The notes under the pieces: model-generated | Told to the model about the DNA's origin: nothing | The model's input: the letters and a program-made list of their open reading frames with translations, nothing else | The model's database searches: none | Assembly: GCA_905178155.1 (NCBI GenBank) | Contig: CAJINV010000005.1 | Span: 5,855,754-5,919,753, forward strand | Source: Amoebophrya sp. A120 | Taxonomy: Eukaryota > Protista > Dinoflagellata | Reading direction: 5' to 3' | Length of the DNA: 64,000 nt | Shown: piece after piece, positions 23,922-37,200 of the stretch | Numbering within the stretch: position 1 is the first letter of the stretch | Layout of the letters: each line of letters starts with the position of its first letter | Program-made: the position numbers and the translations under genes

Positions 23922-25947
23922 TTGCGGTCTGGTGACTGGATGCTTAGTAGAGAGAGGATCAATCTTCGTGGTGCGGATGATTCTTCATCTCATGCGAATC
24001 TGCTACTACGTTGAAAATTTCAAGAATAAGAAAATGAGCAAAATTTGGCGTCTAGAATTCAAAACGGTAAGGCGTCGGGCGCCCTGTTTTTTGTTTTTGT
24101 TTTGGATAGCGCATGGCAGGTCGCGAGGCATACTACTTCAAAACTATCAGAAGCAGAGGGCGCGACACACTGTATGTCTTAGCGCGGCCGCCCGCTTCTC
24201 GATAAGAAAAAAACGAGAGGCCGGCCATGGAGCCGGCCAACGAAGACGGGCCGAGGACTACCAACCCCACGCACCAAACTAGTTCGCTAGGTGTGGCCCT
24301 TTCTGGAACATTCATAACCGGGGCCCAATGGGCTCGGGTCGTTACGTGGTCCGAATAGGCGAGGTGCGGCGGCGCCTCCACAGGCAAGCGAGAAGCGGCC
24401 CGAGGGTACTGAAATACTACAGCCAGCTTCTGCGGGAATGTCCGAGCAAAGACATCGCCAGGGGACTCGATGCGGGCGCCCTTTTTTGCATATCGCCCGC
24501 GATTCGCACAAAATTCAGCAGTTCCCACTGGATAAATTTTCAAGAATGAGCAGGGTCGACCCCTGCCGAGACCCCTAGATTTGGGCCATTCCTGAAACGG
24601 GCTTTTGCCCGCTTCCCGCTGGATAAATTTTCAAGAATGAAAAAGTAGGCCCCTCCGGCGACCCCTGACGCGGGGGGTCGCCCAGAGGACTTTTTTGATC
24701 GTTTTTGTGCCCAAAAAGCGTTTTGCGGTCTGGTGACTGGATGCTTAGAGAGAGGATCTTCGTGGTGCGGATGATTCTTCATCTCATGCAGGGTCGCCGC
24801 CCAAGCCCGATGCATTTTGGTGGATGATATCCACGAGGCAGACCTGCAACCCTGGCTCCAGATGGGGCCCCTTGCATCAGCGCAAAGCAGCTCCCCCTCC
24901 AATGCCCGACAGTGGCCCACCGCCATGAACACCCCATCCCCACCCGCCAGGCTGTGTTTGGGGTCGGAAACATTGATGGGGGCTGCGGATTATTGTTTGG
25001 GCGGGAGCCGAACTGCTTCAGATTTCTCTGCGGGTTCGTCTGGCTGTGTTGTGTCCCGAGATCTGGGAAAGTTTCCAAATTTCGAATGTCCGGAAAAACG
25101 CAAATTTTTGCATACCTCCAAGGCCAAATTTTTCAGATTGGCCAAAAACCGTGTACATGGAACCTAGCCACCACGCTATGGTCCATGTACACGGTTTCAA
25201 AAGTAGGAAATACGCAACAATTTTCAAAAAGGGCCCATAAAAACCGTGTACATCGCATCTAGACTGCATGGTATGGCCGATGTACACGGTTCAGAGTGTC
25301 TGTCTCCGGCCCCGACCACTTCGCAGACCGTGTACATCCATCATACCATGCAGTCTAGATGCGATGTACACGGTTTTTCGGTGGTGCGCGATTTCGCAGG
25401 CAAAATTCAGATAAATTTGCCTCTTTTTCTGCGGATTTTCTTGACCCCAAGAAAAACCGTGTACATGATCTCCAGACTGCATGGTGTGGTCCGTTTACCT
25501 CTTCAAAAGGAGGCCCTTCACCTGTTTTGATGGTGGCGACGGTTTGTTGGGTGGTTTTGACCCTCGGCGCAAGGAGAACCTGGGCCACAGGCTGCAGGAG
25601 CCGCCGGCGGCCCACCTCCAGGCGCTAGAGTGACAACTCCCGGCCTTTTCGGCCTTTTTTGCGCGGCCCTGAGACGAGGCCAGGAGCATTGGGCAGATGA
25701 CTCGGCTGCTTCTTTTGCCTCTCTGCTGGGTCTTGACTATGACCTTCGGGCCGTGTGCTCTAGGTTCGCCAGCCTTGCCAGGCTCCCAATCTAGCGAACT
25801 TCGTAGCGAGTGCTTTCACTGACACAAGTGAACGCCTCGAGGGAGCCCACAAAATTTTTTTTTCGAAAAACGGGAAAACCGTGTACGTGTACACTTTTTC
25901 TTGTGAGAAGAGGATCTTCGTGGTGCGGATGATTCTTCATCTCATGC
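23922..25947. repeat. Intergenic repeat complex: three direct repeats plus a palindromic ACCGTGTACA array
   Basis: TCTTCGTGGTGCGGATGATTCTTCATCTCATGC within repeats at ~23922-23995, ~24723-24789 and ~25908-25947; perfect 37-bp inverted repeat 25239-25275 / 25342-25378. Confidence 0.85.
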
Positions 25948-27356
25948 GACACTGCAGGGGCAGGGCCACAGGCTGCCCAAGCAGAAATGTTGAAGAGATG
26001 TAGATGTTCTTTGTTTTGTATATAATCTCTTTACCGGCTGGAGGAACACAGCACAACTTGCATGGCATTGCTTCAGACGAGAAGTGTCACAAAAACTCTA
26101 GTAGGAGGAGCTTCTGACAGAGAGTTGTTACAGTTTCCGTTTTCTGATTCTAGAAAAAACAATGACAGTTGCTCAACAAATAAAGTACAAGTTTCCACAC
26201 TGATTTGTTTCCGCTAGGAGGTATGCGCAACTGAGACTCAAGTGAGACGAAATCAGCAGGAGTTAAGCTTCCACTTGGTCTCGATCTTTGCCAAATAGTC
26301 TCGCGCCGCTGAAGCTGATACGGCCCTTCCACTAGCTAGTAGTTGCGTTTGTTCCCAAGTAGGAGGAGGATGAAAAAAGAAAGTTTTTATCCGACGAATT
26401 GATCCTACCACAGGAATCTGTCATGCGAGAGCAACTGTCGCACAACAGACTCGAGCAGCTGGTCTACCAATTATAAAATTGTACAATCTGACTCACAAAG
26501 AATCAAATCAAAAGAGGGTGCGAAATCGGAGCGCTATGCTGGTTTATTTCGTTTTGCCATTACAAATTTTTACGTAGGCACATGACCTACGAAAAATTGT
26601 ACAGGTGTTCTGACTCCTCTTTCTCGTCGTTTTGAAATTATTGCCTGAAAAGAATTATAAATACAGCTCCACTATCTGATGAAAAAGAAAATTTCGTCCG
26701 ATTTGTTCCGATTTCGACTTGAATGTGATGCAAAATCAGTGAAAATAAAATAGAGGTGATCTCTAAATACAGTGTTTATTGTGTTTGGATCCTTATCGTA
26801 CAGTGTTTCTAATTCCAGTATTGAAAAGTCAAAGTTCATGAGAAACAACAATTAGACGAAAGTTTTTTGCTGAAGTTACATTGTTGATTGCTAAAATTCA
26901 AAGAGTTTTGTCGTGAATGCCTAAAGGTAAAATAAGAAGGTAAAAAAGTCGAAATTTACGTTGTAAAAATTGATGCCAAAAGTAAGACCATAGGTTTCCG
27001 TTTCTTCTGATCATGATGCTGTCTCTAACTCTGCTGAATTTTTATGTACAGATAAAGTTGTAATACATAGACCACTTGTAGTCGTGTCATCAGAACGAAT
27101 TATGGTTGTTCAGAGGCAGAGCTAGAGACAACATCATGCAAATTGTTTTTTACAGTACATTTAGAAGAATTCTGATGCTAAAATTCAAATTTTGTTGCTC
27201 CTTTCAAGTTGGTACCTCCGCTACTGGTGCTCTTCCACCCTGCTGGTGGCTGGATGCTAGTTGCTAAAGATACGATTAAAAAATGTTTGAGTTTGGTTTA
27301 TCTTCAGGTTGCTAAAATTCAGTGCGGTTTGCAGTCCAGGGTTTTCCCCCCTCCCC

Positions 27357-30300
27357 TTACTCCTTGTACGTAAACGCACCGGGGGTATTCGTGTTGTAAG
27401 TCGTTTTGAAGCCCTGCGCGCGACGCTTCTGCGACAGCAGCCAGTCGCCTTGTCCCTGATAAGGTGTTTTTTTTTCTCTTGTTATCTCATCCACTTGTTT
27501 TTGTGGTAGATGAACGGCATGCGGCGCATCATGCTGCATCGGCACTGCAGTCAACGTAGCAAATGCAAAACATGCAACACAAAGACCACCAAATCTTTCA
27601 ACATCCATATTATTAGTTGTACCTGTTGCTTATGAACTGCAAAAGTATCGTACTCGTATAAATGCATTACAAATTTCCTCAGCATGAGACAGGAAATTTG
27701 TAATGCAGATTCACCTCAAGAAAAAGATTTGTAATGCATGATTGCAATACGAGTACGATACTTTTGCACAGGATATTGCTCCACGCTCATCATCTTCCCG
27801 GTCACTCCGAGACTTGCTATCACAGGAAACAATGTTTATCGTTTACGGAATTCGAATTTGTGATGCGGCAATGCATCACAAAACGTCCCCAAATTTGTCA
27901 TGCATAGCATGCGTACTAGGCTAAATTTGTGATGCATGGCTGCAATCTGTGAAAACCGTAAACGTTAACACTTTTTCTGGTGATACTTGCTGCCCCCGCC
28001 GGCTGTCCGTAACTCGACTTGACAGCCGAACCACCATTACTGCCCTCCGCCCTACCGTAATTCGGATTGTCGATCACACGGATGGGGTGCCCCACCCCGT
28101 GTTGCGGTCGCAGCGCCACGATCCTCGGAACCTGCGCCGAGTGCATCTGGTGCATGGACTGTTCGATATCGCAGAGGAATTGCTGCTGGGGTCCGAGCAC
28201 GGATCCCGGCCGGACTAATCGGTTCCAGCTGATAAACACCTTCGCGGGGATCTTGTAGTGCTTCATCATGTAGGCGCCGATCAGCGTTCCCGTCCTTCCA
28301 AGGCCCGCTTTGCAGTGGACCTGATGTTGATACGGAATTTTTTCGGTGAAACAGTTTGGCATGCAACAGCAGCAACAAAAAGCACACTTGTCATGCAGAG
28401 CGGGACTACAAATCGAGAAAAAAAAATTATACCGCAACCGCTCCTGGTTCGTTCTCGACCGCGTGTAAAAACTGATGGATGTGCTCGATTGGTGGCAACC
28501 CCCCGTCGTTGAAATACAAATCCAGGTGCTTCACGCCGTTCTTGATAAACTTCTCCCGGTCGTAGACTGTGGCTTTGTATCGCAAGAAAAAACTGCTTCG
28601 CTGTGAACTTGTGATGCAGAAAATGGAGCACAGAACTATTTGTCTTGCTACACCTGCAAGACATTGGATTTGCAAGCGTGTTTTCCCTTGGAAAACGCGC
28701 ATGGCAAATTTTCTGTGTTATGTGTAGCAAACTTGTGATGCGGTTCTTGCAAAATCAACACAGTGAAACAGTTTTTTCGTGGGATACTTTGTTCAACCTG
28801 ACCACTAATCCCACGTTCCACTTTTTCCACAAGGGGAGATAGGATTCCGGGGTCCAGCAGGTGTAGCCGTCCATGTCCTGACATAGTGTTTTTTTCCCTT
28901 TGCGCAAATCCAAGCGCACCGGCACTGATGTAGGTCCACGGCGCATGACAAAGAGAGTTTTCGAAACTAGATGACGCATGACAGAGTAAAGTTCAAGTTC
29001 TTCAGAAAAATAGGCGTTGTACTATCCTGACATAGCTTAGTACCCTTGCCCTATTCTGCGGCGTTGCGAACGCGATGATTTTTCCCGGCACGATATCACA
29101 GGAGAAAGTGCTAACGTTAAAGGTTTTCACAGATTGCAGTCATGCATCACAAATGTAGCCCAATGTGCATGCTATGCATGACAAATTCTGACACTGACAC
29201 GTCTTGTGATGCATTTCTGCATCACAAATTCCGTTAACGTTAACACTTTTTCTTGTGATACAAGATCCAGTTCAGATCGCCGGACTCCACGTGTTATCCA
29301 ATGCAAAAGTAGTAGTATCGTACACTCATAGTCCGAGTCCTCGTGGTTGCTGTTGCACTGATGCACGACAAATTGAACTGCGGATGCATTTCATGAGATG
29401 ATTCTAGAGGAAAATCAGCATTACAAATTGCATTCCTCATGCAAGGACCACTAGCTGTACGATAAAATAATTTTGCAATGCATAGCTTCTCAAAGTGCTC
29501 GTACTCGTCCGCATCAAATGTTTTGAAGTCGAATATGGCGTTCCCAAACGTTAAATTCTCAACTGTTACATGAATTTGTATGTAATGCAACTATGGCAAA
29601 AGTCAAGGGGCGTAGATTGTGCCTGCAGCATTACAAATTCGGCACAGATTTCAATACTGTTTAGCCCTTCATAAATTTGTGATGCGTAGCAGCTTCATCG
29701 TGTGGATGTTGGTGTTAGTTTGGCATGACAAATCATGTAACAGTTGAGAATGTAAAGTTTGAGAATGCCATATCGAACCAGCCGAACTTCACCCCGAGTT
29801 CCAAACCCTCCAACGCGGACAGCATGTCCAGGTCCCAGAGTGAGGCGCAGCTGGACGCGTCTTATCAAATGCAAAAATGTCTGGGTCTAGAAGAATGCAG
29901 ACTTGTCATGCATATTTTGTATGATGATTGATGCCTCTAATGCATGATCTAGCAACACAGATTTTTAGAGGGCTTCCTGATGCCTATTCCGCATGAGAAA
30001 TGCCCTTTCCGCGTAACACAAACTGGAGTCCCGTTGCTGATCATGCAATACAGATTTTTTTGGAATCCAAAGACAGCATTACAAGTTGCAATCTTTCAGA
30101 CCCAGACATTTTTGCAATCCATACGTCCCTGTAGGGAACGAAGTTGCCGCTCAGGTGCCGGAATTTGTCGTGCATCTGCTTCGCGGTGGCGTATCAAATG
30201 CAAAAGTGTCTGGGTCTGGAAGAGTGCCAGGTTTGTCATGCATAGATATTTTGCATAAGATAACCCATGATGCCTAAAATAAATGCACGACCTAGCATCA

Positions 30301-32538
30301 CAGATTTTTAAGAGGCCTGCTGATGCGTATCCCGCATGAGAAACGCCCACTCCGCGCAGCACAAACTGAACTCCTCTTGCTGGTCATGCAATACAAATTT
30401 TTTCACCTTCCAAAGACAGCATCACAAGACAAGTTGCAACCTTCCAGACCCAGACATATTTGCATTCCATATGGCGCCCTCCTTGACGATGCAGTAGGAA
30501 CTGATCAGAAAAACTGAATTGGTCAGGCGGATTAGGTCACTGGTGTCACACTCGTGCGTAATCGTTTTCGTGTCCATGTCCATGACCTGATTTTGAAAGG
30601 GGTTTTTGATATTGATGTCATGCATAAAAAGATGGAGTGCGATAATCTGTCATGCGTTCTTCCATTGCAACAAACGTGAGGTAGAAAGAGAAGCACAATC
30701 AAAACAGCGAGGGTTTTTCTTGAAATAGCGCTAGAAGAAAAAGGTGTGTAAACGCGTTCCCACCTTCACGCATGAGCACAAACAAACAACAGAAGCACAA
30801 TGCATTCATCGCAAGAGAAATAATATACCTGTTCCATCAGTCGGCAGTAGCGCCAGATGACTGCGAGATTCAAGGGCCCGAAATCTTTTGCGAATGGCTG
30901 GTAGCAGATGTGATATCCTGTGTAAAAAACTACGTACCCACCTCCACCCCAGAGTCAACGTCGAGATCGATGCTTGTGTGTACTACTGCACAAATCTTCA
31001 AGCATTTATTTTGGGCTCCATGAATGACAACGTTGGAAGATCCACGGCATTTAATGCGTGTTTAGCTGTAATTCTAGAGGCCGCATCGCGATGAATCTGA
31101 AAAATCTTAGCTGTACGTAGAGGCAATCTGTTTCATTTTCTTGGGCCGAATACAGCATGACAAGAATTCCCGAAACACGACGATTAGAATATCATGCCAC
31201 TGTGGTCATGGGGAGCTGCACGACACACTCGTCGTACCAGATGCTATATTTGCTTTTGCGTAACAAGTAAAAGTACGGGGTGAACAGGAATAGTTTTTTC
31301 CACAGGATATGTCCAAATCCGTGTCAAACCTGTAACCCAGTTCGTTATGAGCGCGCACAACAGCCCCTCCTCCTCATTTGTAATGCAAATCACCAAATCC
31401 ACTTCGTGCGTTGCAGCATTGTTTGCATGACAAAGTTTCGAACAACCTCAAACAGCACTACAGTCCTTGCGTAGATTTGTCATGCGGAGGCCGCACCGCT
31501 GCCGTTGCTTGTATTGCTGTGTACGCCCTGCAAATGAGGGGGAGAGGGAGTTGTGCACTCTCATATTCGTTTTCCAAGTTCAGCAACCTAAAGTTGTAGT
31601 TTCCATCCGGGTGGTGGTACGCATTTTCTGGCAACTGTTTTGTTTATCAGAAGGAAAAACGACCCCAACCCATACCCAAATTGGGCAATCTGCTAGACAA
31701 ATCAACCAGCTTTGGCTGCTGCGCAAGACAAGTTTCTTGGCCTCTTACTAGTTGTAGTGTAATCCTGTTTATTAGCTTGTTCAGCAGCTAGCATCACAGA
31801 TCTAGCATATCATGCCTATTGGAGCATGACAAATTCCAAAACACGACTAGAGAATACTGCTCATGCGGCTCCAAATGAGAAACATTAACAATTTTGATTT
31901 TGTTTTCACTTTCAGCATCAGCATGCAGATTTGCATTTACAGCTATGAGCTGGGGTTGGGGACGTCGACGTTTTTTCCCAGGGTATTGTTGTAATCGAGT
32001 TCTTATCCTGTGCAAAAGGATCGCACTCGTAATAATTGCAATTATGCATTACAAATTTTTTTTCCTAAGGCAAATCCGCATTACAAATTTTGTTTCTCAT
32101 GCTGAGGAAATTTGTAATGCGTTTATACGAGTAGGATACTTTTGCACAGGATAATTCTTCGGTTCCGCCTTCCAGTAGAGTTTCATCCCCGGCTTTATCG
32201 CAGGAAAAAACTGTTTCACTGTAAACTTGTAATGCAAAATGTGTATCGCAAAAGTGTTTGTCTTGCTACACATGCAAGACAGTGGGCTACTTTAGCTGTA
32301 TTTTCCCTTAGGAGCCTCGCATGAGAAATTTTCTTTGTGATGTAGAGCAAACGAACCTGTGATGCAAAACTTGCAACATCCTTACAGTGAAACACGTTTT
32401 TCGTACGATAGGCTTCACTAACACCTCAATGGTCTCCATCACCTGGTGGCTGTGGTTGTTACTGGGTGTTGACCCTAATCCATTGCTGCTCGTGGAGTTG
32501 CGGTTTGAACCGCCACGCTTCGGAGTGCCAAAAACCAT
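27357..32538 (-). CDS. CDC14: Cdc14 dual-specificity phosphatase, ~482 aa, 17 introns (13 introners, 4 GT-AG)
   Basis: DFGPLNL, PYRDA, [20 protein letters not shown], VVRLNK, catalytic [24 protein letters not shown] and a C-terminal QGDWL motif. GT-AG introns 30587-30828, 28878-29043, 28321-28432, 27456-27622. CDS 1449 nt. Confidence 0.97.
27631..27775. mobile_element. Introner F2, 145 bp
   Basis: DR TTGCT/TTGCT. Confidence 0.9.
27818..27985. mobile_element. Introner F9 (TATCAC.GGA..AAGTGTTAACGTT), 168 bp
   Basis: DR CTTGC/CTTGC. Confidence 0.9.
28578..28786. mobile_element. Introner F6, 209 bp
   Basis: DR CTTTG/CTTTG. Confidence 0.92.
29094..29260. mobile_element. Introner F9, 167 bp
   Basis: DR CACGA/CAAGA. 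Confidence 0.9.
29295..29484. mobile_element. Introner F2 (old), 190 bp, DR decayed
   Basis: Flanks CGTGT/GCTTC differ, yet removing the element plus 5 nt restores FEK[VL]ESGDLNW. Confidence 0.85.
29534..29772. mobile_element. Introner F5, 239 bp
   Basis: DR TCGAA/TCGAA. Confidence 0.92.
29863..30123. mobile_element. Introner F1, 261 bp
   Basis: DR CGTCT/CGTCC; removal restores PYRD|A. Confidence 0.92.
30192..30471. mobile_element. Introner F1, 280 bp
   Basis: DR TGGCG/TGGCG. Confidence 0.92.
30914..31309. mobile_element. Introner F7 (old), 396 bp
   Basis: TATCCTGTG at both ends; DR TGTGA/TGTCC. Confidence 0.8.
31346..31565. mobile_element. Introner F10, 220 bp
   Basis: DR TTCGT/TTCGT. 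Confidence 0.9.
31645..31985. mobile_element. Introner F7, 341 bp (right end GTA)
   Basis: DR TTGTT/TTGTT; interior resembles 34455. Confidence 0.8.
32004..32153. mobile_element. Introner F2, 150 bp
   Basis: DR GTTCT/ATTCT. Confidence 0.9.
32196..32410. mobile_element. Introner F6, 215 bp
   Basis: DR GGCTT/GGCTT. Confidence 0.9.
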
Positions 32539-34284
32539 GTTCGGGTGTGTAGTCGGATGGAGCAGTTGTAACACGACCAGGAAGAGACTTCTTATTGATC
32601 GGGTTTCTTTCTGCCTGCCGGTGCCTTGCAACTACTCTCTCTACTTGTCAAAGCGGAGATAGTAAGTTATGATGCGCGAAGAAACTCGAATGATTTCAGA
32701 CGTCGCAGTTCAAATATTGATCGGCTTAGTAGTTGTGCGTCTGTTAAAAGAGTCTTCGCGTACAACTAGCGAGGGGACAGACTCACCGACGTTTTGAAAA
32801 AATCTATACAACTTACTGACACTGATTCGAAAACAAGCTATTTACAACTTGAACTTTCACTGTTCTATTCCCCCCGGCAAGTAGCTCTTGCGGATGAAAA
32901 AAATAACGTGGAGTTAGCTGCTACGCTGTTGTCGATGGAGAACTTTTGTAGTGGTAAAATTGGTCTGTCAAACTGACTTTCAACGAGAATTCCAGTAGAG
33001 ATTTCCGACAAGAAGGCACCACTGAAAAACCTTACGAGGCACGCGAGAAAAAAAGCGTGCATAATCGGTGCAGAAACGATAGCGATCGAAGTTACGAAGT
33101 GCATGTTGCGAAAAAAGGCTTCAGTAGTACAACTTGCAGGTCTGTAGCACTCGTGCCGATTCCGAACTCGACGAAAAAGGGCGCAAAACAAAACGAAATT
33201 CTTGGAAAAGTTCCACGACAAGGACAAGTTAAGGAAATTCCAACTGTTCCTTGAAAGAACCCACACGACTGCAAAGATCTTTTCCGGTAGAACAACCCCT
33301 CCCACGAAATTCAAGTAATATTACGAGCACAACGTACACCAAAAAACAAGTAATCTGCTCGACAGGAGCAGGACGATGTCGACGCTGAGAATTAAGTACA
33401 AGCCCGCCGAAAGGTATACAAATGACAGCTACTTATACAAATCAGAGGCGAATTGGAAAAATTCTACTACCACCGAAAAACCCAACATCAGCTCCGATGG
33501 AGCGCCGTCGAAGATAGACGATCGATAGCAAGATTTATGCTCGTATTAACATCTTTCCAAGAAGACTTTCCATTTCTGACCCAGTCAGAAAGTAGAACAT
33601 CAATACGCGTAGTCTACTTTCTGCACGCACGGCGAAAGAAAGTTAGACGCATTGGCGAATAAAAGAGAGGTCTTTTTGTATAAAAATGTTTTTGCACGAC
33701 GGACCAGTGGGGGTTTTATTTGTTTGTTGCGGATTACTTCAAAGTGACAAGCTGAAAATACGGGCTGCGTATAATCTTAACTTGGACTACTTGCGGCATC
33801 TACTTGTCGTAAAAAAAACACTAGTGATTGCACAGTGTAAAAAAACGCTCAGGGACGAGAAGTTGGCCCTGACGAAGCGAAAAGCTTCAGCTTCTGTGAC
33901 TTTGTTACGATTTTTTATTTGGCGGAGAAAGAAGTCGATGTCGACCCAGTGCCAAGAGGGTATGAACATGAAATACGAGGATGAGAGGAACAAAATCAAG
34001 ATAGTAAGCTCAAAATGAAAAAAAATGTAAAGGCTTTTTCGTTTGTAGTTTTGCAGGATTTATCTCATTGTGCAACATGCAATAAGATGTGAAAATGTTT
34101 TTACTAGGCCCTGCTGGGACGAAGATCAAGATGGTATATATAAGATACCGATATAGCAAAGAAAAAAAATCAGAATGAAAAAAGGGCTTCCTTCGATGAG
34201 AAGATCGGCCAAAGTACAATCTCATTCGTGAATAAAGTTGAAGTCTCCTCGTTGAAAATAACAGTTGTAACGAAGCTCAGCCTT

Positions 34285-37200
34285 TCAGACAAGCACCGTC
34301 CCCTGCTGGTTCTCCTGCTCGACGGGCGCCAGCTCCTTTTCAGGCGTAGTTTCAGCAGCGTCATCAGTCCCCGCGGTCTGTACTTTTTCCTGATCTTCGG
34401 CGGGGATGTGTTGAACAAAGGGGGGCGGAGGACGGATGGCGTCACGCTGCAGGATATCCTGAGTAAAAACGTCCCCACACCAGAGTCAAGATGGGAAATC
34501 TGCTAGACAAATCAACCAGCTTTCGCTGTTTCGCATGACAAGTTTTCCCTCGTAGTGTGATCCTGTTTCGCTAGTTCAGCAGCATCACAGATCTAGCGTC
34601 TCATGCTGATTCTAGCGTCACAGACTCCGAAACACGACTAGAAAATGCTTCTCATGGGGCTCCGCATGAGAAACTCTTTTGGCATGCAGATTTGCATGAC
34701 AACTCTGCCGTGGGGACGTTTTTACTCAGCATACAGGAAGGAGGAATCGCTGAAGGTCGCGTAGTACTTCTCGAAGTACTGACATTCCTCCGACAGGCAT
34801 TTGCACGCCCAGTGACTATATCAAATGTAAAAATGTCTGGGTCTGGAAACTTGTGATGCATGTCAGGGAACAGAAAGCGCCTTGTAATGCACCGCCAAGC
34901 ATGACAGATTTTCTCGTGGCTCTCTGTTGCGTATTCCGCATGAGAAACATCGTTTTTGCATGACAGACAAGAGGAGGTCTTCGTGGCCACGCAATACAGA
35001 GTTCAGAGTCATGCCCAACTAGCATGAGAAATCTCGAAATCTTCCAGACCCAGACATTTTTGCAATCCATAGACTATCAACTGCAAATATTTTTTTGCCT
35101 GGGTGGTCTGCGAAAGTAAGAATGCAAGACAAGAAACTTGTTGTAGTAGTGCTGTTTTAATATTAAAACTCGTCCCCTAGTATTCATCTTTATCGGCCTT
35201 GTAATGTGCGCATAGATAGCTGTTGGTCGCAGATTCTCAGCGTTGGTTTTTGGTCATGGAAATAAAACGCGGTAGTTTCTACTCACGCGCGCTTTCTTCA
35301 GCGTGACGCACCACACGACCGCTCTTCAAAATGAACCTGTCATGCCTGCTGGCTGCGTAGGCCTCTAGTAGTAGAGGTCATTTTGCCATTCATACGTAGA
35401 CGTTAGCATGACAGCTTTCCAGACCACCCGGCCGCACTTGTAATATTTGCGATGGATATGGAGTGTTCCACCCGTTTGAAATCGAGTTAGTATATGGAAG
35501 CGTCACGTTTGAAATCGACAAAGTTAAAATGATTTGTCATGCATAAAATGAATACCAGTTGGAAGCCCAATTTTTAAGCGGCGCATGGCAAATTTTCAGA
35601 GCACCTCATACTGTTTGGGCACAACAGACTGCTTTTGTAGTCATGCTCCTTCAGCAGCTCTATCCCAAACCCTAAATAGGCTGACAATCTGCCTCACTTG
35701 CCAAACCGGCAAGACAGGCACTTCATGCCTTGCATTTTATGCATCGCAAACTATTTCAACTTTGACGATTTATTCCATTCTGACGCTTCCATAAGCGATC
35801 CGTGTCGAGGATGGGACTCAATTTTTCTGTCGTGTACCGTTTCCGGGCGTTATCGTAGCGATAACAGCTCGCATAGAGGAGGCAACCTCCCCAATACTGG
35901 TCCTTTTCGAAGCAGTAGAACCCGTCTTGCTCTTGACAGCAATTCGGAGCAGCCCGGCAGTCATAGTCCTTGTAGTCGAGCAGGGCTGTGTATGGAAGTG
36001 TCAGAATCGAAATGGACAAAATCGAAATGATTTGTCATGCATGAAATGGATTCCAGTTCGAACCCAGTTTCTAAGTGGCGCATGACAAATTCTGGTGGTG
36101 CCCAAATCCAGTTTGTAATGCTGTTTAGGCAAAGAAGACTGATTCTATCATGCTGCTTTAGCAGCTCGAGCTATAACCCCAAACAGGCTTACAATCGGCC
36201 TCACTTGCCTGCTCTGCAACACACGCGTTTCGCGTCATGCATTTTATGCATCACAAATTTTTCGATTTTGTCAATTTCGATCCTGACATTCCCATACTGT
36301 GCACGAAGCCGAGGTCGTGGTAGAGCTTGTGATCGTGGATAATTGCTTCGTGGTCGTGGTTATCAAATGTAAAAATGTATGGGTCTGGAAGAATGCATGT
36401 TTGTCATGCTAAATCTGGATCATGCAACAATCTGTGTTGCATGAGTACCAAAAGCCGTGCATTTTTGACCAAGGTGACAAGGAGTTTCTCATGCAGGATA
36501 GGCATGATAGAGATCTCGCAGAATCCGTCATGCTAGACCCTGCATTCCAGACCTCATGGGGCATGGAAAACCTGCATTACAAATCGCGTATTCTTCCAGA
36601 CCCAGACATTTTTGCATTTGATAGTGGTTATCAACTGTAAAGACGTCCTCCCCGACCGCCCAGAGTCAAGTTGGGCTTTTGGCAAGACAAATCGAGAAGT
36701 TTTGGGAGTCAAGCATGACAAGCTCGTCTCTAAGTACTGTATAATTGCAGTGAAGTTTAGCAAGTACAGCCGCAACGCAAATCCATCTACTCATGCTGTT
36801 TAGATCATCACGAAGTCCAAAACACGACTGGAAATGTTGCCTCTCATGGGGACGGATGGATACGCATTACAAATCTTCCTGTGACAGGAAATCTGCATGA
36901 CAGCCCTGGGGGAGGTGGGGACGTTTTTACTCAGGATAGTGGTCGGCGCCTGGGTAGTCGCGGTCGGCTTCTTCGTTGTAGTCGGCGCTTGGGTCCTCGT
37001 CGCGGTTATGGAAGCGTCAGGATTGAAATCGTCAAAGTTGAAATTGTTTGCGATGCATAAAATGCAACCCACAAAATGCCTGTCTTGCAGAGTAGGCAAA
37101 GGAGGCAGATGGTAAGCCTGGCGAGGGGTTGAAATACAGATACTCTAGTAGAATGACAAAAGGCGTCTTCCTTACCCAAACAGCATTACAAACTGGATTT

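Noticed and set aside
27357-32538. CDC14 as a transposon-riddled pseudogene
   Set aside because: All 17 junctions keep frame and the catalytic motif is intact.
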